From Epibacterium sp. (GTDB taxonomy: Bacteria > Pseudomonadota > Alphaproteobacteria > Rhodobacterales > Rhodobacteraceae), in assembly GCA_048263945.1 (NCBI GenBank), contig JBLXDQ010000004.1, forward strand, positions 229,975 through 293,974: a stretch of 64,000 nucleotides of DNA, in the 5' to 3' direction. How positions within the stretch are numbered: the stretch's first letter is position 1; each line of letters opens with the position of its first letter. The notes under the pieces were generated by a model. It worked only from the letters and a program-made list of their open reading frames with translations, searched no databases and was not told where the DNA came from. Shown piece after piece: positions 46,940 to 57,139 of this stretch. The position numbers were made by a program, and so were the translations under genes.

Positions 46940-47514
46940 TGAGCATGACCAATATCTATTCCGGCGGTTTCGCCGATCCCGCTGTGGCGGCGGCGCATGG
47001 ATTTCGCGCCGCGATGGACGTGATGGCGCGGCCCGGCACGCGGCGCGAGATCACCGGCGGCATCGCCCCAGAGGGTCTGAGCCCGGCGGCGGCGAGCCTG
47101 ATCCTGACGCTCTGTGATCCGGAAACCGGCATCTACCTCGCGCCCGACGTGGACAGCGAGGCGCTTCGCGGGTGGATCACCTTCCACACCGGCGCGCCGC
47201 TGGTTTCGGCGGATAAGGCCGATTTCGCGGTGGGCGGCTGGGAGGCGCTGATGCCGATGGATCAATATCGCATTGGCACCACGGAATATCCCGACCGCTC
47301 GGCGACTTTGGTGGTTGAGCTGGCGGAATTTGCCGCCCCCAACGCCACCCTGACCGGCCCCGGCATCAAGGATACCGCGCGGATGTATCTGCCGGACCTC
47401 GCGCTCTTGCAGCGCAATGCCATTCTCTACCCGCTTGGGGTCGATCTGTTCTTTACCTCTGGGTCCGAGGTTGCGGCGCTGCCGCGTTCCACCCAGATCC
47501 AACCGGAGGGCTGA
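46939..47514 (+). CDS. phnH: C-P lyase complex subunit PhnH
   Basis: FRAAMDVMARPG, LTLCDPET, FHTGAP, GTTEYPDRSATL, LTGPGI, LPRST. Confidence 0.94.
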   Translation: MSMTNIYSGGFADPAVAAAHGFRAAMDVMARPGTRREITGGIAPEGLSPAAASLILTLCDPETGIYLAPDVDSEALRGWITFHTGAPLVSADKADFAVGGWEALMPMDQYRIGTTEYPDRSATLVVELAEFAAPNATLTGPGIKDTARMYLPDLALLQRNAILYPLGVDLFFTSGSEVAALPRSTQIQPEG

Positions 47515-47518
47515 TCGC

Positions 47519-48622
47519 ATGTATGTAGCCGTTAAAGGTGGCGAGCGCGCCATCGACAATGCCCATGCCTGGCTCGCCGAGGAGCGCCGGGGTGACACCA
47601 GCATCGCCGAGATGACGCTGGCGCAGATCCGCGAACAGTTGAAGCTGGCGGTCAATCGCGTGATGGCGGAAGGCTCGCTTTATGATCCGGACCTCGCGGC
47701 GCTGGCGATCAAACAGTCGCGCGGCGATCTGATCGAGGCGATCTTTCTGATTCGCGCCTATCGCACCACCCTGCCGCGTTTTGGTAACTCGCGCCCCGTC
47801 GAGACGGCGGAGATGGCCTGCGACCGGCGCATCTCGGCGACGTTTAAGGACGTGCCGGGCGGGCAGGTTCTGGGGCCGACCTTTGACTACACGCACCGCT
47901 TGCTGGATTTCAAACTGGCGGCAGAAGGCGAAGTGACCGAGGCCGCCAAGGCAGAGCCGCGCCGCGAGCCGACGCCGCATGTGACCTCGTTCCTGCGGGG
48001 GGAGGATATCATCCAGACCGAGGAGGCCTCTGAGGCGACGCCCAAGGATATCACCCGCGAGCCGATGTCCTTTCCCGCCGACCGCGCCACGCGGTTGCAG
48101 ACCCTAACGCGAGGCGATGAGGGCTTTGTGCTCGGCATGGCCTATTCGACCCAGCGCGGCTATGCGCGCAACCACGCCTTTGTCGGCGAGTTGCGCATTG
48201 GCACCGTGGCGGTGGAGATGGACATTCCTGAGTTGGGCTTTGCCATCGAGATCGGCGAGGTGGAGCTGACGGAATGCGAGACGGTGAACCAGTTCAAAGG
48301 CTCCAAAACCGAGCCGCCGCAGTTCACCCGAGGCTATGGGCTGGTCTTCGGCCAGACCGAGCGCAAGGCGATCTCCATGGCGCTGGTCGATCGGGCTTTG
48401 CGTTGGAAGGAATTGGGCGAGGACAATCTGGGGGCTGCCGCGCAGGATGAGGAATTTGTCCTTAGCCACTGTGACAACATTCAGGCGACCGGGTTCCTCG
48501 AACATATCAAGCTGCCGCATTACGTCGATTTCCAGTCCGAGCTGGAACTGGTGCGCAAGCTGCGCCGCGAGGCAGAGGCCGCGCGGATTGCGGCGGCGCA
48601 GGCGCGGGAGGCGGCGGAATGA
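47519..48622 (+). CDS. phnI: C-P lyase subunit PhnI (nucleosidase)
   Basis: MYVAVKGGERAI, RRISATFKDVPGGQ.LGPTFDYTHRLLD, GFLEHIKLPHYVDFQSEL. Confidence 0.95.
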   Translation: MYVAVKGGERAIDNAHAWLAEERRGDTSIAEMTLAQIREQLKLAVNRVMAEGSLYDPDLAALAIKQSRGDLIEAIFLIRAYRTTLPRFGNSRPVETAEMACDRRISATFKDVPGGQVLGPTFDYTHRLLDFKLAAEGEVTEAAKAEPRREPTPHVTSFLRGEDIIQTEEASEATPKDITREPMSFPADRATRLQTLTRGDEGFVLGMAYSTQRGYARNHAFVGELRIGTVAVEMDIPELGFAIEIGEVELTECETVNQFKGSKTEPPQFTRGYGLVFGQTERKAISMALVDRALRWKELGEDNLGAAAQDEEFVLSHCDNIQATGFLEHIKLPHYVDFQSELELVRKLRREAEAARIAAAQAREAAE

Positions 48623-48778
48623 GGCCTTCCAACACAAGGGCAGCGACTGCCTGGGCGGGCGCGCATGCGCCTGCCGGGGGGCAGGCAGGCGCAGCCCGGG
48701 CCGCAAGCGCCCCGGGCGAGAAAGCCGCACCCGTCTTCACCCCTTCCCGATCCCTTCGAGCGACCGAAAGGACTCGAT
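48623..48778. repeat. Hairpin-rich spacer between phnI and phnJ
   Basis: GCCTGCC-GGGG-GGCAGGC and GCCCGGG-N10-CCCGGGC hairpins in a 156 bp gap. Confidence 0.5.
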
Positions 48779-49660
48779 ATGTCTGACTACAATTTCGCCT
48801 ACCTTGACGAGCAGACCAAGCGGATGATCCGCCGCGCGATCCTCAAAGGCCTCGCCATTCCCGGCTATCAGGTGCCCTTTGCCAGCCGCGAGATGCCGAT
48901 GCCCTATGGTTGGGGCACCGGCGGGGTGCAGGTCTCTGCTGCGGCGCTGACGCCCGAGGACACGCTGAAGGTCATCGACCAAGGCGCCGATGACACCACC
49001 AATGCGGTCTCGATCCGCAAGTTCTTTGAGCGCACGGCGGGGGTCGCCACCACCGAGGAGACCGAGAAGGCCTCGATCATCCAGACCCGCCACCGCATCC
49101 CCGAAGCCGATCTGCGCGAGGATCAGATCCTTGTCTACCAAGTGCCGATCCCGGAGCCCTTGCGGTTCCTCGAGCCGCGCGAGACCGAGACCCGCAAGAT
49201 GCACGCGCTGGAGGAATATGGCCTCATGCATGTGAAACTCTATGAGGACATCAGCCAACACGGCGCGATTGCCACCTCCTACGCCTATCCGGTGAAGGTG
49301 GAGGGGCGCTATGTGATGGACCCGTCGCCCATTCCGAAATTCGACAACCCCAAGATGGAAATGGCGGCGATCCAGCTCTTTGGTGCGGGGCGGGAGCAGC
49401 GGATTTACGCGGTTCCCCCCTACACCAAAGTGGTCTCCCTCGATTTCGAGGATTACCCCTTTGAAGCCACCAAGGCCGACCATCCTTGCGACCTTTGTGC
49501 TGCCGAGGACAGCTATCTCGACGAGGTGATCCTTGATGACCAAGGCGGGCGGATGTTCGTCTGCTCGGACACTGATTATTGCCGCACCCGGCGCGAGGCG
49601 GGGCATGTGGGGCGTTTGGGTACCGAGGCTCCCCTACAAACCGGACCGGAGGCCGCGTGA
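48779..49660 (+). CDS. phnJ: C-P lyase radical-SAM subunit PhnJ
   Basis: YNFAYLDEQTKRMIRRA, PYGWGTGG, DQGADDTTNA; CDLC...VCSDTDYC cysteine cluster. Confidence 0.96.
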   Translation: MSDYNFAYLDEQTKRMIRRAILKGLAIPGYQVPFASREMPMPYGWGTGGVQVSAAALTPEDTLKVIDQGADDTTNAVSIRKFFERTAGVATTEETEKASIIQTRHRIPEADLREDQILVYQVPIPEPLRFLEPRETETRKMHALEEYGLMHVKLYEDISQHGAIATSYAYPVKVEGRYVMDPSPIPKFDNPKMEMAAIQLFGAGREQRIYAVPPYTKVVSLDFEDYPFEATKADHPCDLCAAEDSYLDEVILDDQGGRMFVCSDTDYCRTRREAGHVGRLGTEAPLQTGPEAA

Positions 49661-50430
49661 TGCATCCCCTGCTTAAAGTTAACAATATCAAAAAGATGTA
49701 CGGCAACCGCATCGGCTGCACCGATGTGTCCTTTGACCTATACCCCGGTGAGGTGATGGGCATCGTGGGCGAGTCTGGCTCCGGTAAATCCACGCTTCTG
49801 AACTGCCTTGCGGGGCATCTGGAGGCGGATGGCGGCGAGGTGATCTTTGATACCCGCGACCGGGGGCCTGTGGATACGCTCACAATGTCGGAGCCCGAAC
49901 GGCGGATGCTGGGGCGTACCGATTGGGCCTTTGTCCACCAACACGCCCGCGACGGCTTGCGCATGTCGGTTTCGGCCGGCGGCAATATCGGCGAGCGGCT
50001 GATGGCGGTGGGTGATCGGCACTACGGCAATATCCGCGACCGAGCCATTGATTGGCTCGACCGGGTGGAGATTGACGAGAGCCGGGTGGATGACCGCCCC
50101 ACCGCCTTTTCCGGCGGGATGCAGCAGCGTTTGCAGATCGCCCGCAATCTGGTGACCGGCCCGCGACTGGTGTTCATGGACGAACCCACGGGGGGGCTGG
50201 ACGTCTCGGTGCAGGCGCGGCTGTTGGATCTGTTGCGCGGACTTGTGCGCGAAATGGGCCTGTCGGCGATCATCGTCACCCATGACCTTGCGGTGGTGCG
50301 CCTGCTGGCGGATCGCCTGATGGTGATGAAATCCGGCCACGTGGTGGAAACCGGTCTGACGGATCAGGTGCTTGATGATCCGCAACATGCCTATACTCAG
50401 CTTCTGGTCTCTTCAGTGCTGCAGGTGTGA
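49660..50430 (+). CDS. phnK: C-P lyase ABC-type ATPase PhnK
   Basis: GESGSGKS, FVHQHARDGL, FSGGMQQRLQIARNL, DEPTGGLDVSVQARLLDL. Confidence 0.95.
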   Translation: MHPLLKVNNIKKMYGNRIGCTDVSFDLYPGEVMGIVGESGSGKSTLLNCLAGHLEADGGEVIFDTRDRGPVDTLTMSEPERRMLGRTDWAFVHQHARDGLRMSVSAGGNIGERLMAVGDRHYGNIRDRAIDWLDRVEIDESRVDDRPTAFSGGMQQRLQIARNLVTGPRLVFMDEPTGGLDVSVQARLLDLLRGLVREMGLSAIIVTHDLAVVRLLADRLMVMKSGHVVETGLTDQVLDDPQHAYTQLLVSSVLQV

Positions 50431-50433
50431 CGC

Positions 50434-51378
50434 ATGCTCTTTGCCTATACGATGGAAAATACTTCCCTGACCCGCCTTCCCGAGGGTGCCCCGCTGGAGG
50501 AGGCCCATTGGGTCGACCTCTACCGGCCGCAGCCCGAGCAGGTGGCGCGGGTCAAGGCGCTGGGGTTCGAAGTGCCGACCCTTGCGGATATGGAGGAGAT
50601 CGAGATCTCCAATCGGTTCTATCGTGCGGGCAAAGTGGATGTACTGACCGTTTCGCTCCCGGGGCTTGATCCCGACAAGCACCGCACCTTTGGCCCCGTT
50701 GCCTGCCTTCTGGGGCCGGACCGACTGGTTACTGTGCGCTACCACGCGCCGCGCCCGTTCGAGACGCTGCCTTCCCATGTGGAAGGCAGCAATGCCGGTT
50801 GCAAGACCGTCTCGCATCTCTTCCTCACCCTGATGGAGGAGATCGTGGCGCGGATGGCGGACCTGTTGGAAACCGTCGGGCGCGAGCTTGACGACAGCGC
50901 GGCCAAACTCTTTGACGACAAGGGCGTTTGGGGCGACGGGCTGGAGGTGATGCTCAGGGACGTGGGCCGCGCGGGCGAGATGTTGGCCAAGTATCGCCAA
51001 TGTTTGCTGACGCTGGAGCGGGCGCTTTCAACCTTTGGCGTCACCCATGATGCCAAGGACCTGCGCAGCTACACCAAGGCGACGGGCCGCGACATTCAGG
51101 CGCTCTTGGTCCATGCGGATTTCCTCTCTGGCCGGATCGCGCATCTCACGGATGTGATCCTCGGCATGGTCACGCTGGAACAGGGCATCACCGGGCGCAT
51201 CGTCTCGGTGGTGGCCGTGATCTTCCTGCCGCCGACGCTGGTGGCCTCTGTCTATGGCATGAACTTTGAATATCTGCCCGGCCTGCATTCCGATTACGGC
51301 TGGATGATCGCCACCGGCCTGATGGGGCTGTCGGCGCTGGGCACGCTTCTCTTCTTTCGTTGGAAAGGCTGGCTATGA
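50434..51378 (+). CDS. corA: CorA-family Mg2+/Co2+ transporter inserted in the phn operon
   Basis: [36 protein letters not shown] (GMN signature) and two C-terminal TMs. Confidence 0.9.
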   Translation: MLFAYTMENTSLTRLPEGAPLEEAHWVDLYRPQPEQVARVKALGFEVPTLADMEEIEISNRFYRAGKVDVLTVSLPGLDPDKHRTFGPVACLLGPDRLVTVRYHAPRPFETLPSHVEGSNAGCKTVSHLFLTLMEEIVARMADLLETVGRELDDSAAKLFDDKGVWGDGLEVMLRDVGRAGEMLAKYRQCLLTLERALSTFGVTHDAKDLRSYTKATGRDIQALLVHADFLSGRIAHLTDVILGMVTLEQGITGRIVSVVAVIFLPPTLVASVYGMNFEYLPGLHSDYGWMIATGLMGLSALGTLLFFRWKGWL

Positions 51379-52079
51379 CCGCTTCTCAGACCCCTATGAT
51401 CGACATCCGCGATGTCGCTAAAACCTTCACCCTGCACAACCAAGGCAGCGCGCTGATCCCGGTGATGGAGGGGGCGACCCTTTCTGTTTCGCCCGGCGAA
51501 TGCGTTGGGCTGATCGGTGCCTCGGGCGCGGGGAAATCGACCCTGATGCGGCTGATCTACGGCAATTACCTTGCCGCCTCCGGCCAGATCCTCATTGGCG
51601 ATGTGGACGTCGCCCGCGCCGAGCCGCGCGAGATTTTGGAACTGCGCCGCAAGACGCTGGGCTATGTCAGCCAGTTTTTGCGGGTGGTGCCGCGGGTCTC
51701 GACCCTTGATGTGGTGGCGGAGCCTTTGCTGGCGGTCGGCACGCCCTTGGAGGCCGCCCGGGATCGCGCCGCCACGCTTCTGGCGCAGCTCAACATTCCG
51801 GAGCGTCTGTGGACCCTCAGCCCCACCACCTTTTCCGGTGGCGAGCAGCAGCGGGTGAACATCGCGCGCGGCTTTGCCTATGACTATCCCGCGATGCTCT
51901 TGGATGAGCCGACCGCCAGTCTGGATGCGCAGAACCGCGCCACGGTGCTCGGGCTGATCGAAAGCGCCAAGGCGCGCGGGGCCGCGATCATCGGCATCTT
52001 CCACGACGAGGCCGCGCGCGAACAGGTCTGTGACCGTTTCGTCGATGTTTCGGCCTTCTCGCCCAAGGCCGCCGCATGA
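51375..52079 (+). CDS. phnL: C-P lyase ABC-type ATPase PhnL
   Basis: [54 protein letters not shown]. Confidence 0.94.
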   Translation: MTASQTPMIDIRDVAKTFTLHNQGSALIPVMEGATLSVSPGECVGLIGASGAGKSTLMRLIYGNYLAASGQILIGDVDVARAEPREILELRRKTLGYVSQFLRVVPRVSTLDVVAEPLLAVGTPLEAARDRAATLLAQLNIPERLWTLSPTTFSGGEQQRVNIARGFAYDYPAMLLDEPTASLDAQNRATVLGLIESAKARGAAIIGIFHDEAAREQVCDRFVDVSAFSPKAAA

Positions 52080-52648
52080 GTGCGCTTGCCGACAAGACCC
52101 AGCACAAAGGGCCGGTGATCGCCGTTGTCGGCCCCTCGGGTGTCGGCAAGGACAGCCTGATGAGCGGGCTTTCGGTGGCGGACCCTCGGCTGCGGTCGAT
52201 GCGCCGGGTGATCACCCGCGCGCCAGAAGCGGGCGGCGAGGATTACCAACCGGTCAGCGAGGCGGAGTTCGCTGCGCTGGTCGAGGCGGATGTCTTTGCC
52301 CTGCATTGGCAGGCGCATGGGCTCCACTACGGTGTCCCGCGCGACATTGAAAAGCTGCGTATCGGCGCCTCGGGCGTTTTGGTGAACCTGTCGCGGGCGG
52401 TGCTTTTGCAGGCGCAGGAGGTGTTTGACGACTTCCGCGTGATCTCGGTCATCGCGCGGCCTGAGGTTCTGGCAGCGCGTCTTGCGGGACGTGGGCGTGA
52501 GGATGCGGCGGAGGTGGAGCGGCGTTTGGCGCGGGCCAGCCTCGCCTTACCGAGCGGTCTGGAACAGGTCTATGAGGTGGACAACAGCGGCGCACTTGGC
52601 GCCGCCATTGCCCAGGCTCAAGCCATTATTCAGGCGGCGAGGGGGTAG
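52076..52648 (+). CDS. phnN: Ribose 1,5-bisphosphokinase PhnN
   Basis: [39 protein letters not shown]. Confidence 0.92.
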   Translation: MSALADKTQHKGPVIAVVGPSGVGKDSLMSGLSVADPRLRSMRRVITRAPEAGGEDYQPVSEAEFAALVEADVFALHWQAHGLHYGVPRDIEKLRIGASGVLVNLSRAVLLQAQEVFDDFRVISVIARPEVLAARLAGRGREDAAEVERRLARASLALPSGLEQVYEVDNSGALGAAIAQAQAIIQAARG

Positions 52649-53313
52649 CGTTGGATCAGGTGAAACCGTCCTTCGGCATCCTCGCCCATCAACGCCAGAT
52701 CGGTGATCACAAAGGGCTGCGGCAGGAGCGGCGCCAGCTCGCTCGCCAGATAGTCTTCGACCGCGGGCAAATCCCCCTTGGGCAGCTTGCCCGTCAGGGT
52801 GATGTGGAAGCGGAACTGGTCGAGCACGTAAGGATAGCCCCATTGCAACAGATGGGCGTCCTGTTCGGGGCTGAGGCCTCCAGCGCGGCGCTTTTCGATC
52901 TCTGCCTCGGGGGCGGGCGCGCGGAACGGGTCCAGCTCGGTCACGCAGGTCGCCGCCAGCGCATTGAGCGCGGTCACGTCACCAATCGGGCGCAGGGCCA
53001 GAAACCGTCCCAAACGCTCGATCTGCAAACCGTCGAGCACGACTGGCGCTCGGGTTGCGACGAGAGCCGCACAGGCAGCGCGCAACGCGCCTTCGTCAGT
53101 GCCCTCCGCCAGTCGCATCGGCGGTTTCATCGTCGCATGCAGGCCGTATTTGCGCGGGGTTGCGGTGATCGCCGCCACGTCAAGCGTCCCACCCTCGGGA
53201 TGCGCGACCTCAGCGCCCGTTTCCATGTCCCAACCCAACCATTGGGTTGCCCATTTGCTCCACGCCGCATCGGCGGGTGGCGCGTAGTAAATCGCATATC
53301 GCGTAAATGTCAC
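52630..53313 (-). CDS. DUF1045 phosphonate metabolism protein (2H phosphoesterase-like)
   Basis: RYAIYYAP, PRKYGLHATMKPP and FRFHITLTG (two HxT motifs), WGYPYV. Confidence 0.85.
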   Translation of the reverse strand: MTFTRYAIYYAPPADAAWSKWATQWLGWDMETGAEVAHPEGGTLDVAAITATPRKYGLHATMKPPMRLAEGTDEGALRAACAALVATRAPVVLDGLQIERLGRFLALRPIGDVTALNALAATCVTELDPFRAPAPEAEIEKRRAGGLSPEQDAHLLQWGYPYVLDQFRFHITLTGKLPKGDLPAVEDYLASELAPLLPQPFVITDLALMGEDAEGRFHLIQRYPLAA

Positions 53314-53365
53314 ATTGGCCTCCTAAGACGTGGGCCTTCCCTATCCCGAAAGATGTGAACTCCAG

Positions 53366-54508
53366 ATGACACAAGAGTTGATCCTTGCCAATGCCACGCT
53401 GATCCTTGCAGGCGAGACCCGCACAGGCTCTGTCAAAATTTCCGATGGCGTGATTGCCGATATCTCCGACGGGGCGGCGGTGCCTGCCGGTGCGCTGGAC
53501 CTTGGCGGCGATTATCTGAGCCCCGGTCTGGTGGAGCTGCACACCGACAATCTGGAACGCCATATCGAGCCGCGTCCCGGTGTCGACTGGCCGCATGCGG
53601 CGGCCCTGGTGGCGCATGATGCGGAGCTGGCCTCGACCGGGATCACCACGGTGTTTGACGCGATGCGCGTGGGCTCGATCCAACGTGGCAAGGGACGCTA
53701 CATCAAATATGCGCGCCAGTTGGCGAGTGAGATGTTGGAGCTGCGGGCTAAGGACATGTTGAAGATCAGCCATTTCCTGCATCTGCGGGCCGAGGTCTGC
53801 TCGGAAACGCTGGCGGAGGAGCTGTCGGAATTCACAGCTGAGGACCGCGTGGGTCTGGTCAGCCTGATGGATCACACGCCCGGCCAGCGCCAGTTCCGCG
53901 ATATCGCGAAGCTGGAGCAATATGTGAAGTCCAAGCGAGGCATGTCCGATGAGGAATTCATCGAGCATGTGGCCACGCTGAAAGAACTGCGCGAAGAGTT
54001 TGGCGACATGCATGAGGTTGCGACCGTAGCAGAGGCTGCCCGCTTTGGCGCGGTGCTGGCGAGCCATGATGACACGACCGAGGCGCAGGTGGTGACGTCG
54101 GCCGGGCACGGCATTCGTCTGGCGGAGTTCCCGACCACGGTGGAGGCGGCGCGTGCCTGTCATGCTCATGGGATCAAGGTTATGATGGGGGCGCCGAACC
54201 TGATCCGCGGCGGCTCGCATTCTGGCAATGTGGCGGCCAGCGAACTGGCGGAACTGGAGCTTCTGGACATCGTGTCGTCGGACTATATCCCGGCCGCGCT
54301 GTTGCAGGCTGCGGTGAAGCTTGGCGACATCTGGGGCGATTTGGCACGTGGTATGGCGACGGTCACCTCCGCACCCGCGGCGGCTGTCGGGCTTGAGGAC
54401 CGTGGTGTTCTGGCCGTGGGCAAGCGGGCCGATGTGATCCGCTTCCGCATTGCCGAAGGTACCCCGATGCTGCGCGCCGTTTATTCGCGCGGAGAGCGTG
54501 TCGCCTGA
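53366..54508 (+). CDS. phnM: Alpha-D-ribose 1-methylphosphonate 5-triphosphate diphosphatase PhnM
   Basis: PGLVELHTDNLE, GITTVFDA, MDHTPGQRQF, ASHDD, AEFP, GAPNLIRGGSHSGN, SSDYIP. Confidence 0.95.
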   Translation: MTQELILANATLILAGETRTGSVKISDGVIADISDGAAVPAGALDLGGDYLSPGLVELHTDNLERHIEPRPGVDWPHAAALVAHDAELASTGITTVFDAMRVGSIQRGKGRYIKYARQLASEMLELRAKDMLKISHFLHLRAEVCSETLAEELSEFTAEDRVGLVSLMDHTPGQRQFRDIAKLEQYVKSKRGMSDEEFIEHVATLKELREEFGDMHEVATVAEAARFGAVLASHDDTTEAQVVTSAGHGIRLAEFPTTVEAARACHAHGIKVMMGAPNLIRGGSHSGNVAASELAELELLDIVSSDYIPAALLQAAVKLGDIWGDLARGMATVTSAPAAAVGLEDRGVLAVGKRADVIRFRIAEGTPMLRAVYSRGERVA

Positions 54509-54742
54509 CCTCAGCTCGATCGACTGTTACAAAGCGGAGCGCGGCCCCTCGATGAGGGGCCGCGCGCTGGTTTAGTGGAAAGGCAAGGCCGAGAGGCGCT
54601 ACTGCCGCATGCAAAGACTGCGTTTGGGGAGAGGGCAACACGGGGTGGGCCGCAGGCGCGCCCCGTGCCACGGGCGACTTGCATCGCAAGGCGCAAAGCC
54701 TGTGAGCCACGTCAGTGGCTCTCCGCTGAGATCAGGCTAAGC
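54509..54742. repeat. Modular multi-hairpin REP-like element between convergent operons
   Basis: GCGCGGCCCCTC-GAT-GAGGGGCCGCGC, CACGGGG...CCCCGTG, CTTGC-ATC-GCAAG and GAGCCAC-GTCA-GTGGCTC hairpins. Confidence 0.55.
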
Positions 54743-55222
54743 TCAGTCGGCGCGGTAGAACATGTAGCGGCCTTCGGGGATACCCGCAGGGCCGTCGATC
54801 TCGGTGAGGCCGACCAAGGGCTGGCCGGAGATCACAATGCCTCCCGGCGCCATCACACGCGCCAGCGCGGGGGAGAGTTTCGCCGCCTCGGCCACATCCT
54901 TTTCCTTCACGCCAAAGCCGAGGTCGTAGTGGGCCAGCGCCAGTTGGTGACCGTCTTGGGAAAGCCGCGCCAGCATCGGTTCTGCTTCGCCTTGCAGGAA
55001 GTTCTCCTCCGGCGGCACGCAGGAGGGGTGACATTGCAGCACCCGGTCGATGACCCAGACGCGGCGGTCTAGCAGTACTTCGCGCAAATGGTCATAGGTG
55101 CGCCCATTGCCGAGCCCGAGGTCCAGCACGTCACCCTTAACCTCGGCAATCGCCGAAGCGGCCCAGTTCAACCCGTCTCGTTGGGCGGTCAGGCGGCGCA
55201 GCATGCTGTCCAGTCGGCTCAT
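54743..55222 (-). CDS. Small class I SAM-dependent methyltransferase-like protein
   Basis: Start MSRLDSMLRRL at 55222; VLDLGLGNGRTYDHLRE motif I; resembles the Methyltransf_17-type family. Confidence 0.75.
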   Translation of the reverse strand: MSRLDSMLRRLTAQRDGLNWAASAIAEVKGDVLDLGLGNGRTYDHLREVLLDRRVWVIDRVLQCHPSCVPPEENFLQGEAEPMLARLSQDGHQLALAHYDLGFGVKEKDVAEAAKLSPALARVMAPGGIVISGQPLVGLTEIDGPAGIPEGRYMFYRAD

Positions 55223-55223
55223 C

Positions 55224-55982
55224 TCAGGCAATCCTTTCATTGTAACGCCACGGCGTCGAGGGGCCTGCAAGCAGGCGGGAGAGCAGGCGCTCGGAGAAGT
55301 CCCAAATCGCTGCATCATGCACCAGATGGTGGGTCAGATACCCCAAGGGTTCGGCCCGGTCCTCTTGTCCCAAGCGCCGTGCCTGCAAGCGGAGAACCAG
55401 TGTGGCGAGGATTTGTTCCTCGGCCAACAGCCCGCGAGAGCCCTTCCAGTCGATCGGGTCGATATGGGTGTTGATCTGAACCAATCCCGGCGCCGCATTC
55501 ACACGTTTGCGTGGCCCGAAGGTCGATAGTGCGGAGAAATCCAATCCGGCCAGCCAGGGCAGAAGCGCCGGCGACACGCGGTTCCAAGGCGGCACGAACA
55601 TCGGTTGCAGGCGGGAACCAAACATCTGCTTGAGGCGGGCCATACCTGCCTCGGCCTCATTCAGCGCCTCATCAACCGGGCGGGTACTGCCAAACTCGCA
55701 TTTCTTCTTGTCGGCAGGCGCGTGGTTTTCATGCGCCCATCCATGCACCACCGGGACCAGATGGGCGGAGTGTTGAACCACATCCGCCAGCTCCGGCGTT
55801 GCCTCTTTGGGGATCACCGCAAGGTGCACCGGCATATCGAGGGTTCGGGCCAGGGCCTCCAGCCGGGTGAGCGCTTCGGACGGGGCGACGGCATCGTCAT
55901 CGCGCCACCACAAGGGCAGATGCAAAGCCTGCGCGGCCCAAAGCTCCAGTTCCGCGTCAAGCGCGTCCCAGCCGTTTGTCAT
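55224..55982 (-). CDS. Polysaccharide deacetylase (CE4/NodB-like) family protein
   Basis: WWRDDD, HGWAH, FVPPWNR and LTHH motifs. Confidence 0.75.
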   Translation of the reverse strand: MTNGWDALDAELELWAAQALHLPLWWRDDDAVAPSEALTRLEALARTLDMPVHLAVIPKEATPELADVVQHSAHLVPVVHGWAHENHAPADKKKCEFGSTRPVDEALNEAEAGMARLKQMFGSRLQPMFVPPWNRVSPALLPWLAGLDFSALSTFGPRKRVNAAPGLVQINTHIDPIDWKGSRGLLAEEQILATLVLRLQARRLGQEDRAEPLGYLTHHLVHDAAIWDFSERLLSRLLAGPSTPWRYNERIA

Positions 55983-57139
55983 GAATGTCTCCCCCGAGCG
56001 TGGCGCTGCACCTCCCCGTGCAACGTTTGCGCAATCTCCACACTTCGGGTGGCTCCGTCAAATTCGAAACCGTCAAGGCTGCGTTGCGGCTCTTGCATGA
56101 CTTTACGCAGGGCGGCGCAGAGCCGGTCCGGGGTCAAGCTGCTGGCGGCCTCAACTGCAAAGCCCGATAGGGACTTCAGGCTTTCGGCCCGCAGGGATTG
56201 CTCGACTTCCTTGCCTGCATCAAAGGGAACCAACACGGCCGGAGTGCCAGATTGCAAGAGGTCCAGCGCGGTGTTGTAGCCACAGAGGCTCACTGAGGCG
56301 GCGGCATGGGGCAGCATGGCGCGGAACTCTGGCCGGGCGGGTTCCAGTTGAGCAGGGGAGGCCGGATCGCGCAGGCGGTCGATCCGCTGGGCCGCGTCGC
56401 TGCCGCCGATCAACAGGCGCCAAGGGTAGTCGGGCATCTGCTTTGCTGCTTCGATCGCGCAGGCATAAAGCGCATCGCCCACGCTGCCACCACCCGCGCT
56501 GACAAGGATTTCGCCCTTGCCCAACCCCTCCGGGTGGGGGGCTGCAGCGGGGGGCGCGACATAGCCTGTGTAGTGCAGCTTGGCCGCCAGCGCCTCGGTC
56601 ACCGGCCAGCTGATGTCGAGCGTGGTGGCTTTGGGGTCTGAATGCACCAAAACGCCGTCGTAATAGGCGGTGATCACGGCCTCCGCCTCTGTGGCCTTTT
56701 TCGGCTTTGAGGGGGGGGCGAGAATATCGCGAATGGAGGAGAGGATCAGCGGGCGTTTGGGCTGCGCATGCGCGGCCTCGAGAAGGGCGTGGAACTCTGC
56801 CTTCAACGTGCGACGGCCAAAGGGGTAGAGTTCAGTGATCAGCACATCCGGCGCACTATCCTCAAGGAGGGTGATGAGCACGGCACGCCGGGCGCTGAGA
56901 TATCTTTCATCCACCGGCGTGCCCTCTGGGCCAAGCAGGCGCGCAAAATCCACCCCGTCCGAGCGCAGCGGCGGCAGCTGCACCAGCGTGATGCCGTCGG
57001 TCGAGAGTTGCGGTGCCGGAAATCCGCCTGAGGCGACGGTGACGAGATGCCCCTTGGCGACAAAAGCGCGTCCCAGCGTGAGAGCGCGGGACAGATGCCC
57101 AGTACCAAGGAGATGGGTGACGACAATCAGAACCTTCAT
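55979..57139 (-). CDS. GT-B glycosyltransferase (GT28 C-terminal-like)
   Basis: MKVLIVVTHLLGTGH, ELYPFGR, HSDP, YTGYV, VSAGGG, SLCGYNT, EQSLRA; ATGA overlaps at both ends. Confidence 0.82.
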   Translation of the reverse strand: MKVLIVVTHLLGTGHLSRALTLGRAFVAKGHLVTVASGGFPAPQLSTDGITLVQLPPLRSDGVDFARLLGPEGTPVDERYLSARRAVLITLLEDSAPDVLITELYPFGRRTLKAEFHALLEAAHAQPKRPLILSSIRDILAPPSKPKKATEAEAVITAYYDGVLVHSDPKATTLDISWPVTEALAAKLHYTGYVAPPAAAPHPEGLGKGEILVSAGGGSVGDALYACAIEAAKQMPDYPWRLLIGGSDAAQRIDRLRDPASPAQLEPARPEFRAMLPHAAASVSLCGYNTALDLLQSGTPAVLVPFDAGKEVEQSLRAESLKSLSGFAVEAASSLTPDRLCAALRKVMQEPQRSLDGFEFDGATRSVEIAQTLHGEVQRHARGRHS

